NCBI RefSeq assembly: GCF_035084215.1 | Contig: NC_090354.1 | Span: 24,552,001 to 24,616,000, forward strand | Length of the DNA: 64,000 bases | Reading direction: 5' to 3' | Source of the DNA: Heptranchias perlo | Taxonomy: Eukaryota | Shown here: piece by piece, positions 24,999-38,500 of the stretch | Numbering within the stretch: the first letter of the stretch is position 1 | How the letters are laid out: each line of letters begins with the position of its first letter | Program-made: the position numbers and the translations under genes | Notes under the pieces: model-generated | The model's database searches: none | What the model was told of the DNA's origin: nothing | What the model saw: only the letters and a program-made list of their open reading frames with translations

Positions 24999-27900
24999 TC
25001 AGTTTCTTCTTCTGATTTGTGCCGTTATGAAAAGGATCTGTTGTAAACGGGCCCTGGTCTCGGCGCGGATTATTTCCCAGGCGCAGTCACTGAATCTCTG
25101 AAAAAGAGAAATATTCAGGAAAATACATTAGAGAATGAACAGATTTAAATTGGGTGAAATGAACTATCTGTCAGTAATCAAACAGTCAAATATCAATTGT
25201 CCCACCTTCTGTTTGAGAAACTTTTCCAGTTTCCTGAAGTATTTGTGAATGGCGGCGTTTCTCCTGGGCCTGGACTCTGAGCCCGGTTTCTTGACACATT
25301 CCTCCAGCTCTTCGAGCTGCCGATCCAGGAGAAGCCGGAAGTTTTCCACCTTGTCCTGGGGCCATGTGACTGAGTCCAGGTTCATGCTGTAGATCTTGAT
25401 GAAGTGGCGCAGTGTCTGATGGACAATCTGGATCCTGTCCTGGGTCTGAGCAAAATACACACAAGGACATTAGAGGGGGTCTGTTCCTATTTAACCGGCC
25501 TGATATTGGGCAAACCTAACAGCCCATCACCGCAGCTCAGCTATTTCCCATTTTAATGATGGTGTAAATGTGTAAAGTGTCTGAATTTAAAACCACAGCC
25601 GAGAGATGTTTTTTCTTTTTTTTAAATTTAAGCTACGGCACATGGATTGATGTTGGCAATATTACTGGGTTAATACATAACTGGTTCCTACCACATTCCG
25701 CTGTGGGCTAATTTAACCCCTTTATTTTAGCAGACTAATTCCTTCTGTCAAATAGACAGAAGAATGTCAAACCATTTAGACCGGTTATGGACAAGGACAA
25801 GGAACAATGAAACGTGAAAACACACAACTGCAGGAGAACTAATTTCAGTGAGTTGAAAGGGGATCTGGCCCAGGTGGATTGGATTCAAAGATTGGCAGGT
25901 GAAACAGTAAATGATCAATCGGGGCCTTCAAAGAGGAGATAGTTTGGATACAGACTCGACACATTCCCATTTGGGGGAAAGGAAGGGCATCCAAAGCTAG
26001 AGGTCCCTGGATGGCTAAAGATATAGAGATAAAACTTAAACAAAAAAAGGAGGCTTATTATAACTACCAGTATGATAATAAAGTGGAGAACCAAGCTGAA
26101 TACAGAGTACAGGGGAGGACTGAAAAAGGAAAAAAAGGGGGCAAAGAGAGTATATTGGAACAGATTAATGGGTAACATAAAAGTCTTTCATAAGCAAATA
26201 AATAGTAAAAGGGTAGTTAATAGAATGGTGGAACTGATCAGGGACCAAAAAAGGAGATCTTGTGGTGGCAGAGGGAATGGCTGATGGACTGAACGAGTAC
26301 TTTGCATCTTTCTTCAAAAAAGAAGGGGATGCTGCCAATATCAAAGTAAAGGAGGAAGGAGTAGAGAAATTGGATAGGATAAAAATAGATTAAAAGGAGG
26401 TACTTAAAAGATAAGCAGCTTTTAAAATAGAGAAGTCACCCGGTCCAGATGGGATGCATTCTAGGTTGCTGAGGGAAGTAATGGTGGAGATAACGGAGGC
26501 TCCAGCCACAATCTTCCAATCCTCCTTAGATATGGGAGCAATGCCAGAGGACTGGAGGATTGCAAATGTTACAAAAAAGGGGGAGAGGGATAAACCCGGC
26601 AACAACAGGCCAGTCAGCCTAACGATGGTGATGGGGCAACTTTTAGAGACAATAAAATTAGACAAAATTAATTGTCACTTGGAAAAAAATGGGTTAATAA
26701 ATGACAGGCAGCATGGATTTATTAAAGGCAAATCGTGTTTAAGTAACCTGATTGAGTTCTTTGATGAAGTAAGAGAGAGTTGATGAAGGTCGTGTCGTTG
26801 ATGTTGTGTATATGGACTTTAAAAAGGCATTTGATAAAGTATCACATAGTCAACTTGTTAACAAAACTGAAGCTCATGGGATTAAGGGGGTAGTTGCAGC
26901 ATGAATGTAAAATTGGCTAAGGTACAGAAAGAAGAGAGCAGTGGTGAACGGTTGTTTTTCCGACTGGATGGAAGTGTAAAGTGGTGTTCCCCAGGAGTCA
27001 GTGTTAGGACCGCTGCTCTTATTGATATATTTTAATGTCCTGGACTTGCGTATATAGTGCACAATTTCAAAGTGTACAGATGACATGAAACTCAAAACTG
27101 TAGGAAACAGTGAGGAGGATAGTAACAGACTTCAGGACAACATAGACAAACTGGTGAAATGGGCAGACACATGGCAGATGAAATTTAACACAGAGAAGTG
27201 TGAAGTGATGCAGTTTGGTAGGATGATTGAGGAGAGGCAATATAAATTAAATGGTACAATTTTGAAGGGGGACGGGAACAGAGAGGCCTGGGGGTGTACA
27301 TACTCAAATCTTTGAGATGGCAGGACAAGTTGAGAAGACTGTTAAAAAAGTTTAAAGGATCCTTAGCTTTAAAAACAGATGCTTAGAGTACAAAAGCAAG
27401 GACAATGTGCTTTACCTTTATAAATCAATGTTTCAGCCCCAGCTGTAATATTGTGTCCAATTCTGGGCACCACTCTTTAGGAAGGATGCCAAAACCTTAG
27501 AGATGGTGCAGCAGAGATTGACTAGAATGGTACCAGGGATGAAGGACTTCAGGTATGTAGAGGATCGGGAGTTGTTCTCTTGAGCAGAGATGGTTAAGGG
27601 AAGTTTTAATAGAGGTGTTGAAAGGGTTTTGATAGAGTAAATAAGGAGAAACTGTTTCCAGTGGCAGATGGGTCAGTAACTAAAGGGCACAGATTAAAGG
27701 CAATTGGCAAATGAACCAGATGCGAGATGATAAGAAATGTTTTTATGCAGCGAGTTGTTATGATCTGGAATGCACTGCCTGAAAGGGTGGTGGAAGCAGA
27801 TTCAATGATAGCTTTCAAAAGGGAACTGTATCAATTGAAGGGGCATTTTTTTCAGGGCTGTGGGGAATGGGCAGGAGAGTGGGACTAATTGGATTGCTCT

Positions 27901-30017
27901 TTCAAAGACCTGACACAGGCACGATGGGCAAAATGGCCTCCTTCTGTGCTGGATCATTCTATGAATCTATGATTTAACCTGCCCGTGATGATGCATACCA
28001 CATAGCCAATCATCGCAGTTCAGGAGTGAGATGATAAGACGGAGTGAGATGAATACAGGGAGTCAGATAGTTAAAGGAAATTGAATTATTAGGAGTGAGA
28101 TGGTTGGATGGATTGAGGAGGTTTGAGGGTGTGAGAAAATTAGAGGGAGTGAGATAGAGAGAGTGAGCTGGAGCGAGTGAATATTTCTGCCATTTTCACA
28201 TCAATGGGCGGCCAACACGGGGTTTGAATTTCCTGATTAAAGTTCTGATGAGATTGTTGATCTTACTCATAGTTTCCATCAAACTCTTGCTTGAATAATA
28301 TAAAATAATATCCAGTGTTCGCTCACCTGTAACCCCCCTGAAAGTTTCACCAGGTTCAAGGACTTGGTTTTCAGCGAGAGCCTCTCTTTAACACACTGAC
28401 GGGGAAAGGCACCGCCCTGAAACAGAAGATCATCACCGTCACAGACAGCCCAGAGAGAGAAATACAGGAGAAACAGTGACTTTTAATTGAATAAAGTTAT
28501 AAAACGCCAAACTATTTCTCCTGATATGAGTTTTTACAACAAACCGGCCTTATGTGTTTCGAATCCGGCTCTGGGTGTTGTTTAAACACATCATTTCATT
28601 CAGTTTCTTGAGATTCTGTGTGTTTCGAACTTGCGGTAACTGCAGCCTCTCGCAGACCAGACTCAAGGTCCAGGACAAGACCCACACAATGCAACATCTC
28701 CAAATACTCGCCAAAACCATGCTCAAACGACCCAGGGTAAAGAGCCGATCTGAAGGATCAGAAACTGAGCGACCGCCGGAGCTGCCGAGTCCTGTGGGTG
28801 TCCCCCTCTCCCCTCAGTGTCTCTTCTGTTCTCCGCCGCCCCCCCCCCCCCCCCGCCGAGTCTGATTCACCCTCCCGCAATATAATTACCCCTCTCAGTG
28901 TTTCATTTCCTTTCTACCCTCGGGGTCTGATTGCTCCCTTCCCTCAACATCAGATTCTCCCTTTCCAGACAATATTGGATTCCCTCTACCCTCAGTCTCT
29001 GATTCCCCCCTGTATATCAGGATGTCCCCCCCCCCCACCACCAGGGCCTGATTTCCCCTCTCCTCTGTATCTGATTCTCCCACTCTCCACTTGGTCTCAT
29101 CTCCACCATCCCTCCGTTTCTGTTTCCCACTCAAACCATCATTCCCCTCTTCCCTTAATATCTGATTCCCCTCAATCTCGATTTCTCCCACCCCTCAATA
29201 TCTGATTCCCTCTCTTTCCTCAATTCATGACTCCCCCTCTCCTTAGATCTGATTCCCTCCTTAATATCAGGGTACCCCACTCCTCACTGTTCGGTTTTCG
29301 TTCTCTCCTCAGATCTGATTCCCTCCTTCACTTAGAATCTGATTCAACTCCCCCAGGGTCTGATTCAATCTCCCCCCTCAATATAAGATTACCCCCCCCC
29401 CCCTTCAGTCTTTCATTTCCTTTCTCCACTCCATATCTTATCTGTTCTACCTGTAGAATCTGACTCAACCTCCCCTCAATATAAGATTACCCACCTCATC
29501 AGTTTTTCAGTTCCCTTCTCCCCTCATGGTCTGATTCCACGTCTTCCATCAGGATCACGTTCCCTCTCCACTCAGCCCCTGATTCCCATCTCTTCTTTAC
29601 CCGATTCTCCCTGTCGCCTCAAGGTCTAATTCCTCTGTTCCAACCAGGGGTCTAATTACCCCTCCAGGTTTCAGGGACCTTTTGCTGTAGGACACTATCA
29701 ATGAGTGTACCGAGTGTAACAGTAGAGTCACTCTAACCATAAAGACGTCAAATTCATACTGAAGACTCGGTTGATATTAATTGGACAAAGTTACAAAACC
29801 CCAAACTATTTCACGTGATATGATTTTTCATAACAAACAGATCCTGTGTAGTTCGGTTCCGACTTTTGATGCTGTTTAAACTCACCATTTCATTCAGTTT
29901 CCTCAGAGTCTCTCTGTTGAGAACTTGCTGTAACTGCAGCCTCTCACAGCCCAGACTCAGGGTCCCGGAAAACAAAACCCACACAATCCAAAATCTCCAA
30001 ACACTCGCCAAATCCAT
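24999..30017 (-). CDS. IFN: Type I interferon gene C, 186 aa if exon 1a is used: exon 1a 30017-29886, exon 2 28416-28327, exon 3 25445-25206, exon 4 25097-24999
   Basis: Exons 2-4 are open with canonical splice sites (exon 2 GGAFPRQCVKERLSLKTKSLNLVKLSGGLQ); only the distal exon 1a retains a GT donor at the normal position. Confidence 0.85.
25775..27973 (+). mobile_element. Degenerate CR1 in intron 2 of gene C
   Basis: Homologous to 11345-13511; HSRLLREV, QHGFIKGKSCLSNLIEFFDEV. Confidence 0.85.
28592..28720 (-). pseudogene. Disabled proximal exon 1b of gene C
   Basis: MVLASIWRCCIVWVLSWTLSLVCERLQLPQVRNTQNLKKLNEM followed by ATGTGT instead of GTGAGT; 5' UTR deletion at about 28770; promoter missing beyond 28801. 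Confidence 0.8.
29886..30017 (-). CDS. IFN: Distal first exon (1a) of IFN gene C
   Basis: MDLASVWRFWIVWVLFSGTLSLGCERLQLQQVLNRETLRKLNEM|gtgagt. Confidence 0.8.
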
Positions 30018-30032
30018 ATTCAACTGACCCAT

Positions 30033-31450
30033 GGGTAAAACGCCGATTTGAAAGATGAGAAACTGAGCGGATCGCGGTTCAGCTCCGAAAACGGTTCTGA
30101 ATGAAACTCTGGAAGTCGAAATGTCGCCGCTTGTGATCCCGGAGCGGTTGCCTGAGCTGCCGAGTCCTGTGGGTGTGCGGCTGGATACTGCTGGGAGCTC
30201 TCACTGCCATGCTGTCGGCTTTAAGAGGGGAGACTGGGAATGTTTGGATTACATTCGAAAAGTGAAATCTGGCCGCAGGAGAGCAATAATTTGTGCGGTT
30301 CCTTTCTGAGGTAAGGAATCTAAAAGCTGGAGATTCGTGAACCAGCGACTGGAAATTCCCCCATCGAAGATCACAACCAGCGCTCGGTCCCAGCTCAATG
30401 TTGTCTGGATTCGAATCAAGGGGGCACTGAAGTGGTGTCGGGGGCAGAGTCTGTATTGGGGGAGTGCGGACATGTATTGGGGGCTGTATTTTATAATCCG
30501 GGTTATAGTGACACCGACAGCGGTGATCCCGGTGCCGCGGCTTTTAGTGCTGACATTCGGCTCCATGGAGAGCGATTCCCTTTTAAATCCACTCTCTCCC
30601 CGGTGTGCTCACATCGTGCTTTTACTGTTCACACTTCGCGGGCTGGACATTGCAGAGAGCCCGGCTCACAGTGCAGGGTCACGGTCTGATGCTGTCTGTC
30701 CGATTCCCCTGTCGGAGATTCTGCTCTTTAAGTAGAAAAAGTTCCTCATTTCTCGGTTGTTTTTTGGAGGTTTCTTGAGATTTTCTTCTCCAAGAATATT
30801 TAATCTGCTCGGACTCTGAATCAGAAGGAAGAACCGACTCCTTTTCTTTCATCGTTTCTTTCTTTTCTCTCTCCCGGGAAAGTGTCCGTGTCAGTTTGTC
30901 TGTGAAAATGAGCCTTGTGTCAATTTCACCGAAAGCGAAAGTGCCTCAGGGAAAGTGACGAGTCTCGTCATTTCCGAAATTGAGGAGTGTTTGTAAACAG
31001 AACGGATCACCCTGAGAGCGAGTGAGGGGGATCTGGGAAAAGGTTTGGGATATCCGGGATACCCCGGTTACTGGGGGAACATCACAAAATCACTCTCAGC
31101 TGTAACTACAAACAAAAACTTCTCCATGAGTGAATCTGGGACCGAATCTCACCAGCACCACCTGTGGACAGCGGCAGTGAGTGATTTGGGCTTGAATTAA
31201 ACAATCACATGACAGCAACTTAAAGAGATACTGTTTTGGTGAAAGCCTTTCCATCAAGTCGTTTAGTTTTTGATTGACCTCCCAAGGCTGGGGATCAGTG
31301 GTTATAGGGAGAGCTAAGATTAAAACTGAAATTTTAAAATTGCGAATAATATTAGGCTAATGTTGTAATAATTATTAAAAGTTCCGAAGGGAGGCGAAAA
31401 GGGGATCAGGAAGTTTAAAAGGGAGTCTGAAAAGCACTGGTGGGCAATAT
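30033..31450 (-). promoter_or_regulatory. Distal promoter block of gene C
   Basis: IRF-E 30257-30267; perfect consensus kB GGGAATTTCC (- strand) 30351-30360; ISRE-like 30931-30942. Confidence 0.7.
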
Positions 31451-31567
31451 ACTGGGAAATAGCAAGGAATCTTATGTGCATATCTATCCATAATATAATG
31501 ATACACTTACATTCGTGCACACTTCCTTTTGCATCACTTGGCTTCCCGATGTCACGTTTGTGTCACA

Positions 31568-31745
31568 TAAGAACATAAGAAGATAAGAAATAGGAGCAGG
31601 AGTAGGCCATACGGCCCCTCGACTCTATTCTACCATTCAATTAGATGATGACTGATCTTCAACCTCATCTCCACTTTCCTGCCCGATCCCCATATCCCTT
31701 GATTCCCCTGGAGTCCAAAAATCTATCGATCTCAGGCTTGAGAAA
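31568..31745 (-). mobile_element. Short CR1 3'-end insertion with GTCACA target-site duplication
   Basis: (CATAAGAA)n tail; gtcaca on both sides; empty site in the homologous flank near 55240. Confidence 0.75.
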
Positions 31746-33319
31746 GTCACACTTTTTGTGTTAACTTTGTTCCATTGTAAATTGCTATGCCGACATTTAT
31801 TATGGCTCTTGCCGAGGTGAACTTGACAGTCTGATTGCATAAACTGAGCACTGGCTCAGATAGTTCAAATGAATTGAGGTAGGGATATTGATGGGAGTGA
31901 GTGGGTGGTAGGTGTGGAACGAGTAGTGGGAAGATGAAATGGTAAGGGATGCAAAGGAGGCGAATGTGGGGACAAACCTGGCCTTTGAACTCGCCATGTG
32001 AATCACTACGGGAAATCGCCTAATATTTTGGCCACAAACCTCACTTCCTGTTGTCACAAATTTTGGTGAAGTTTATTGTCAGCATTTCCCATTGTAAATT
32101 GCGATGTCCACATTTGCAATTCAAGTTTGATATTTCAACTGTCATGATGTAGTTGCAGCCTCTGACCATGAGGGTGATATTTTCGTATCTTCACATTCTC
32201 CCATTGGAGGGAATAGTGTGCAGTTGTGGAAGGATTCACAGGTTGACGAACAGTCTGACAGGCCGCACTGGTACATTCTTTCCATGTCCGTAACCACCTT
32301 TATACCAGATGATAATGTCATTGATCCTATACAACGGGAAGGCTTTTTGGGCTCCCACAACCCATACAAAGGGGGAGTACCCACAACCACCGGACACCAG
32401 TAGCTGGCTGGATGACAGCGTAGAATTCACAGCCGGAACTCCGGTCTCCACTCACTGGGACTATCTGGAGCTGAGTTTGAGCTCTTCACCTTCTGACTCA
32501 GAGGTGGGAATACTAAAACTAAGGTAAAGGTTCACTCCAGGTAATGAGGTGATTCTGTGGAATGAGTTTCTGAAGTCTCCCCAGTTTGCATATCAAAAAT
32601 GTATATTGATCAACTGACTGTGGGTAAAGCCTGATGAAATGTGTTAATAAAAAGTGTAATGATAGTCTGTGCAGGGCCGGGAGCACATATAGATAAATGA
32701 GGACATGTTTACTTGAGTGTGAATAAATGGCAAAGATCCCTCATCAGTATTATTAATTTGAAAATGGAACCTGAGGAGGATGTAGAATGGAAGTATTGAG
32801 ATAAATATACAAAAGAAAGTGTAAAGAGAGTAAAAATGGGGCACGGGGAAGGGAGTTTGAAACTTTAATGTGGCTGAAAGATGAAAGGATTGGAGGGTGG
32901 CAAGAAATAATAGGCCTTTTAATCTTAACTCAGCGACAGGCAAATTCATAGAGTCCATAATCTGGGATGAAATTAGTGAACACTTGAAAAGATGTGGGCC
33001 CATTAAGGGCAGTAAAGGACAGGTTGTGTTTGGATAATTTAATTAACTTTTTCAACAAAGCCACATATATAAAGAAAGGAATGTATTCAGTGTTATGGTT
33101 ATGGATTTTCAAAAGCTGCAGGATAAGATGCCACATAAGAGACTTTCATTCTCACTCTCCAATCATTCCCCTCCCCACTCATTGCCTGATGTCCTTTCCA
33201 CTCATTATCTGATTTCCCCTTCTATACTCTGCGTATGATCCACCAAGCCTCCTCCCTTCTCAGTATCTCAGAATGTCTCTTTCCATTTAATGTCTCCAAT
33301 TATAAGAATGGATATGTAA

Positions 33320-34040
33320 TGGGCTATGGATAGGAAGCAGAGAGTTGTGGTGAATGGTTGTTTTTCAGAATGGAGTGAAATATACAATAGTTCCAAGAGG
33401 TCAGTATTAGGACCACTGCTCTTTATCATTTTATTAATGACCTGGATTGGGTATATAGAGCACAATTTCAAAGTTTGCAGATGACACAAAACTGAAAAAT
33501 GTATATACAGTGAGGAGGATAATAACAGACATCAGGAGGACATTCTGGCACCATAACGCAGGAAGGATGTCAATGCCTTGGAGAGGGTGCAGAAGAGAGT
33601 TACTAGAATGGTATCAGAGATGTGGGACTTCAGTTACATGGAGAAGCTGGAGAAGCTGGGATTGTTCTCCTTAGAGCAGAGAAGATTAAGGGAAGATTTA
33701 ATAGGGATGTTCAAAATCATGAACGGCTTTGATAGAGTAAATAAGGAGAAACTGTTTCCAGTGGCACGAAGGTTGGTAACCAGAGGACACAGATTTAAAG
33801 TAATGGGCAAAAGAACCAGAGGCAAGATGAGGAGAATTTTTTTTATGCAGTAAATTGTTATGATCTGGAATGCACTGCCTGAAAGGGTGATGGATACAGA
33901 TTCAATAATAACTTTCAAAAGGGAATTGGATAAATACTTGAAGAAAGTAGGCCTCATTGGATCGCTCATTCAAAATGCCAGCACAGGCACGATGGGCCGA
34001 ATGGCCACCTTCTGTGCTCTATCATTCTATGATTCTATCT
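33320..34040 (+). mobile_element. CR1 3' fragment
   Basis: ERVQKRVTRMV...LGLFSLEQRRLREDLI; ATTCTATGATTCTA tail. Confidence 0.8.
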
Positions 34041-34473
34041 TTCAATTACCCCTTTCCTGCTCCACACCTCAGCCCTGATCCCCTCTCATTCAGGTGAAGA
34101 ATAAGGAGTTGAGTAGCAGAAGAGTAAAACTGTGGTACTGTCTAGGAGTTCAAAAATCTGGTCCATTGGGTTCAAAAAAGGATCACAGGCTTAGACTGGA
34201 GAGGAACAATCAGACAGTGAAGGGAGAGTAATATAGCAGAGAGAAAGTTACAGTAATAGGCAGCAGGTAGGAGAATCCAGAGCATTTATAGTATGAGAAT
34301 CTGACAAACACAAATAGGAAATGAATATCAGTCCATTAAAGTGTAATATTGAAAACAATTTATTTACACCCTCATTTTCATTCAGTATAAAAAGTTTCCA
34401 GTTCAGAAAAATATTGTCTATTCCCCAACTCTTAATATCAATAAATTAACATTTATTTTTGAACACACTTTAC

Positions 34474-34693
34474 ACAGGGGTGATGGGAAACAAGATTTGG
34501 TGCGAGTTAGGATACGGGCAGCAGAGCTTTGATTGAGCTCAAGTTTATGGAGGGTGGAAGATGGGAGGCTGACCAGGAGAGCATTGGAATAGTCAAGTCT
34601 AGAGGTAACAAAGATATGGATGAGGGTTTCAGCAGCAGATGAGCTGAGGCGGGACGGAGTCGGGTGATGTTACGGAGGTGGAAGGAGGCAGTC
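34474..34693 (-). mobile_element. L2-type LINE ORF2 C-terminal fragment replacing part of the gene D 3' UTR
   Basis: Reverse strand reads FHLRNITRLRP/SSSAAETLIHIFVTSRLDYSNALLVSLPSSTLHKLELNQSSAARILTRTK, typical of L2. Confidence 0.75.
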
Positions 34694-35571
34694 AGGGACC
34701 ATCAGTCTGGAGCCCAAACCTTGAAATCTCAACTACACTGTGGAATCTAGTGACCGAGCTGGGTATTGGCAGGGCAACCCAGTGCAGAGAGTTGTCACTG
34801 GAAGATCAGCAACTGGAATAAGGAGCCTCACAAAGCTGAATGGCAATGAAATAGTTTTGCTTTGGAGTAGGGTTTGAAACAACAACTTTCTGACTCAGAG
34901 CGTTACTGCTGAGCGAAGCTAACAACATCTTAAAATTAATTATACCTTTCATATACATAAAATATAATATTTTATATATTCAGGGCCTTTAAAATGACTT
35001 AGCATTGTTCTAAGTCAGTATTAATTGTGTCATTGGAAAATCTTCAAGTTTACTCTTCTCATTTTTGACTTTACACATTGTGTACAAACTGTATCATTTT
35101 ATTGTATGACGACATCATGACAATTAATATGACTGAAGTCAGATGAGATGAAGAGCAAAAGTGATGTCAGCCGGGAGGGCAAGTACAGAGAGCTGACACT
35201 GGAAAACCAGCCAGTGAATAAGGTGCCCTACAGTGCTACAGTGCAAACCTAAAATGAAACATTTCATTGTAGCAGCTGCCAGTTCAAAAACGAAGGAACA
35301 GAAACAGGATTTTCTCAGTCTCCCCCCAGTGAAACATTTACATTTCATCACAGGAACATATCACAACAATAAATATCAATAAATTAAAATAAATAATTGA
35401 AAATAGAAAAATATCAAGACATTCCTTGTTCTCCATAAGAAACCTGGCTGCAAATCGCCTCATTACAGCACTACAATATAATGTCTGTTAAAATATAATT
35501 ATTTTTTACAAATAGAAAGACTTTGAAATAAATATTAATTGTTCCCAGTCTCTATTGTCTTTCCAAAGTCT

Positions 35572-38500
35572 TCACTTCCTTCTTCTGATTTGTGCCGTTA
35601 TGAAAAGGATCTGTTGTAAACTGGCCCTCGTCTCGGCGCGGATTATTTCCCAGGCGCAGACACTGAATCTCTGAAAAAGAGAAATATTCAGGGAAATACA
35701 TTAGAGAATGAACAGATTTAAATTGGGTGAAATGAACTAACTGTCAGTAATCAAGGAGTCAAATATCAATTGTCCCACCTTCTGTTTGAGAAATGTTTCC
35801 AGATTCCTGAAGTATCTGTGAATGGCGGCGTTTCTCCTCGGCCTGGACTCTGAGCCTGGTTTCTTGACACATTCTTCCAGCTCTTCGAGCTGCCGATCCA
35901 GGAGAAGCCAGAAGTTTTCCACCTTGTCCTGGGGCCATGTGACTGAGTCCAGGTTCATGCTGTAGATCTGGCTGATGTGATGCAGTGTTTGATGGACAAT
36001 CTGGATCCTGTCCTGGGTCTGAGCAAAATACACACAATGACATTAGAGGAGGCCTGAATCCATTTAGGGTTAGAGTAGATATGGAAAAGGACAAGGAACA
36101 GTCAAATGTGAAAATACTCAACTGGAGGAGGACTAATTTCACTGAGTTGAAAGGGGATCAGACCCAGGTGGATTGGATTCACAGATAGGCAGGTAAAACA
36201 GTAAATGAACAATGGGGGCCTTCAAAGAGGAGAAGATTTAGGTACAGACCAGACACATTCCCATGAGGGGGAAAGGAAGGGCATCAGTCAAGAACCAAGC
36301 TGAATACAAAAAATACAGAGGAGAACTGAAAAAGGAAATAAGAGGGGCAAAGATATTGTATGAGAATAGATTAGCAGTTCACATAAAAGGGAACACAAAT
36401 GTCTTTTATAAGCATATAAATAGTAAAAGGTTAGTCAAAGGATAGGTGTGACTGATTAGGGGCCTTCTTGTGGAGGCAGAGGGCATGGCTGATGGACTAA
36501 ATGACCACTTTGCATCTGTCTTCACTAAAGAAGAGGATGCTGCCAATGTTACAGTAAAGGAGGATGTAGTAGAAAAATTGGATAGGATAAAAATAGATAA
36601 AGAGGAGGCACTTAAAATGTTGGCATTGCTCAAAGTAGAAAATTCACCCATGCCGGATTGAATGCATCCCAGGTTGCTGAGGGATGTAATGGATGGAGAT
36701 AATGGAAGCTCCAGCCAGAATCTTCCAATCTTCCTTACATGTGGGAGGGGTGCCAGAGGACTGGAGGATTGCAAATGTTACACCCTCGTCAAAAAAAGGG
36801 GCGAGGCATAAACCAGGGAACTACAGGCCAGTCAGTCTAATGTTGGAGGTGGGGAAATGCTTCAAGACAATGATCAGAGACAAAATGAATTGTTACTTGG
36901 AAAAATATTGGTTAATAAATGACAGCCAACATGGATTTCAATGGAGAGAGTTAATGAAGGTGGTATGGTTAATGTCGTGTCTATGGGCTTTTAAAAGGCA
37001 TTTAATAAAATACCACATAATAGACTTGTTAGCAAAATTGAAGCCCATGGAATTAAAGGGGCAGTGGTGGCATTAATACAAAATTGGCTATGTGACAGAA
37101 AGCAGAGAGCAGCGTTGAGCGGTTGTTTTTCAGACTGGATGGAAGTGTGCAATAGTGTCCCTCAGGGGTCAGTATTAAGACCACTGCTCTATTTGATATC
37201 TATTAATGACCTGGATTTGGGTATACAGGGCATAATTTCAAAGTTTGCAGATGACGTGAAAATAGGAAATGTGGTAAAGAGTGAGGTGGATAGTAACAGA
37301 CTTAGGACATAGACAGACTGGTGAAATGAGCAAACACATGGCAGACAAAATTTAACACAAAGAAGTGTGAAGTGATGCATTTTGGTAGGAAGAATGAGGA
37401 TAGACAATATAAACTAAATGGTACCATTTTAGAGTGGGTGCAGGAACAGAGAATCCCAGGGTTGTGCATTCACAAATCTTTGAAGGTGGCAGGACAAGTT
37501 GAAATGGCTGTTTCAAAAGTATACAGGCTCCTTGGCTTTATGAACAGAGGCAAAGAGTACAAAAGCAAGGATAATGTGCTATATCTTTATTAATCACTGG
37601 TTAGGCCCCAGCTGTAATATTGTATCCAATTCTGTGCACCAATCTTTAGGAAAGATGCAAAGATCTTAAGAGAGGATGCAGAAAAGAGTTACCAGAATGG
37701 TACAAGGAATGAGGGACTCCAGTTACATGGAGAGATTAGAAAAGCTGGGATTGTTCTTACAGCGGAGAAGGTTAAGGGGAGATTTAATAGGGGTGTTCAA
37801 AATCATGAAGGGTTTTGATAAATTGTTTCCAGTGGCAGGAGGGTCAGTAATCAGGGACACAGATTTAAGGTAATTGGCAAAAGAACCAGAGGCGAGATGA
37901 GGAGAATTTTTTTTACACAGCGAGTTGTAATGATCTGGTATACACTGCCTGAAAGGGTGATGGAAGCAGATTCAATAATAACTTTCAAAAGGGAATTGGA
38001 TAAATACTTGAAGGGGAAAAATTTACCTGGCTATGGGGAAAGGGCAGAGGGGTGGGACTAATTGGATAGCTCTTTCAAAGAGCCAGCACTGCACGATGGG
38101 CTAAATGGCCTCCTTCTGTGCTGGACCATTCTCGGATTCCATGAATTGACCTCTCCAGGATGGGGCAAGCCTCACAGCCAATCACCGCAGCTCAAGAGTG
38201 AGCTGGTTAGAGGGAGTGAGATGATTTCAGGGAGTCAGATAAAGGGCGTGAAACGATTCGAAGGAGTGAGATGTGTAAGAGGAAGTGAAATTGAGGGAAA
38301 CAGATGGTGACAGGCTGCATGATGATTAGAGGGGTTTAGATAGTTAGAAGGATTGAGATGGTTAGAGGGTGTGCGATAGTTAGAGTGTTATAGATAGAGT
38401 GAGTAAGTTAGAAGGAGTGTGATAGAGAGAGTGAGAGAGAGAGAGATAGTGCCTGAGATAGTGTGAGTGAGATAGAGAAAATTAGATTGGATGGTTATGA

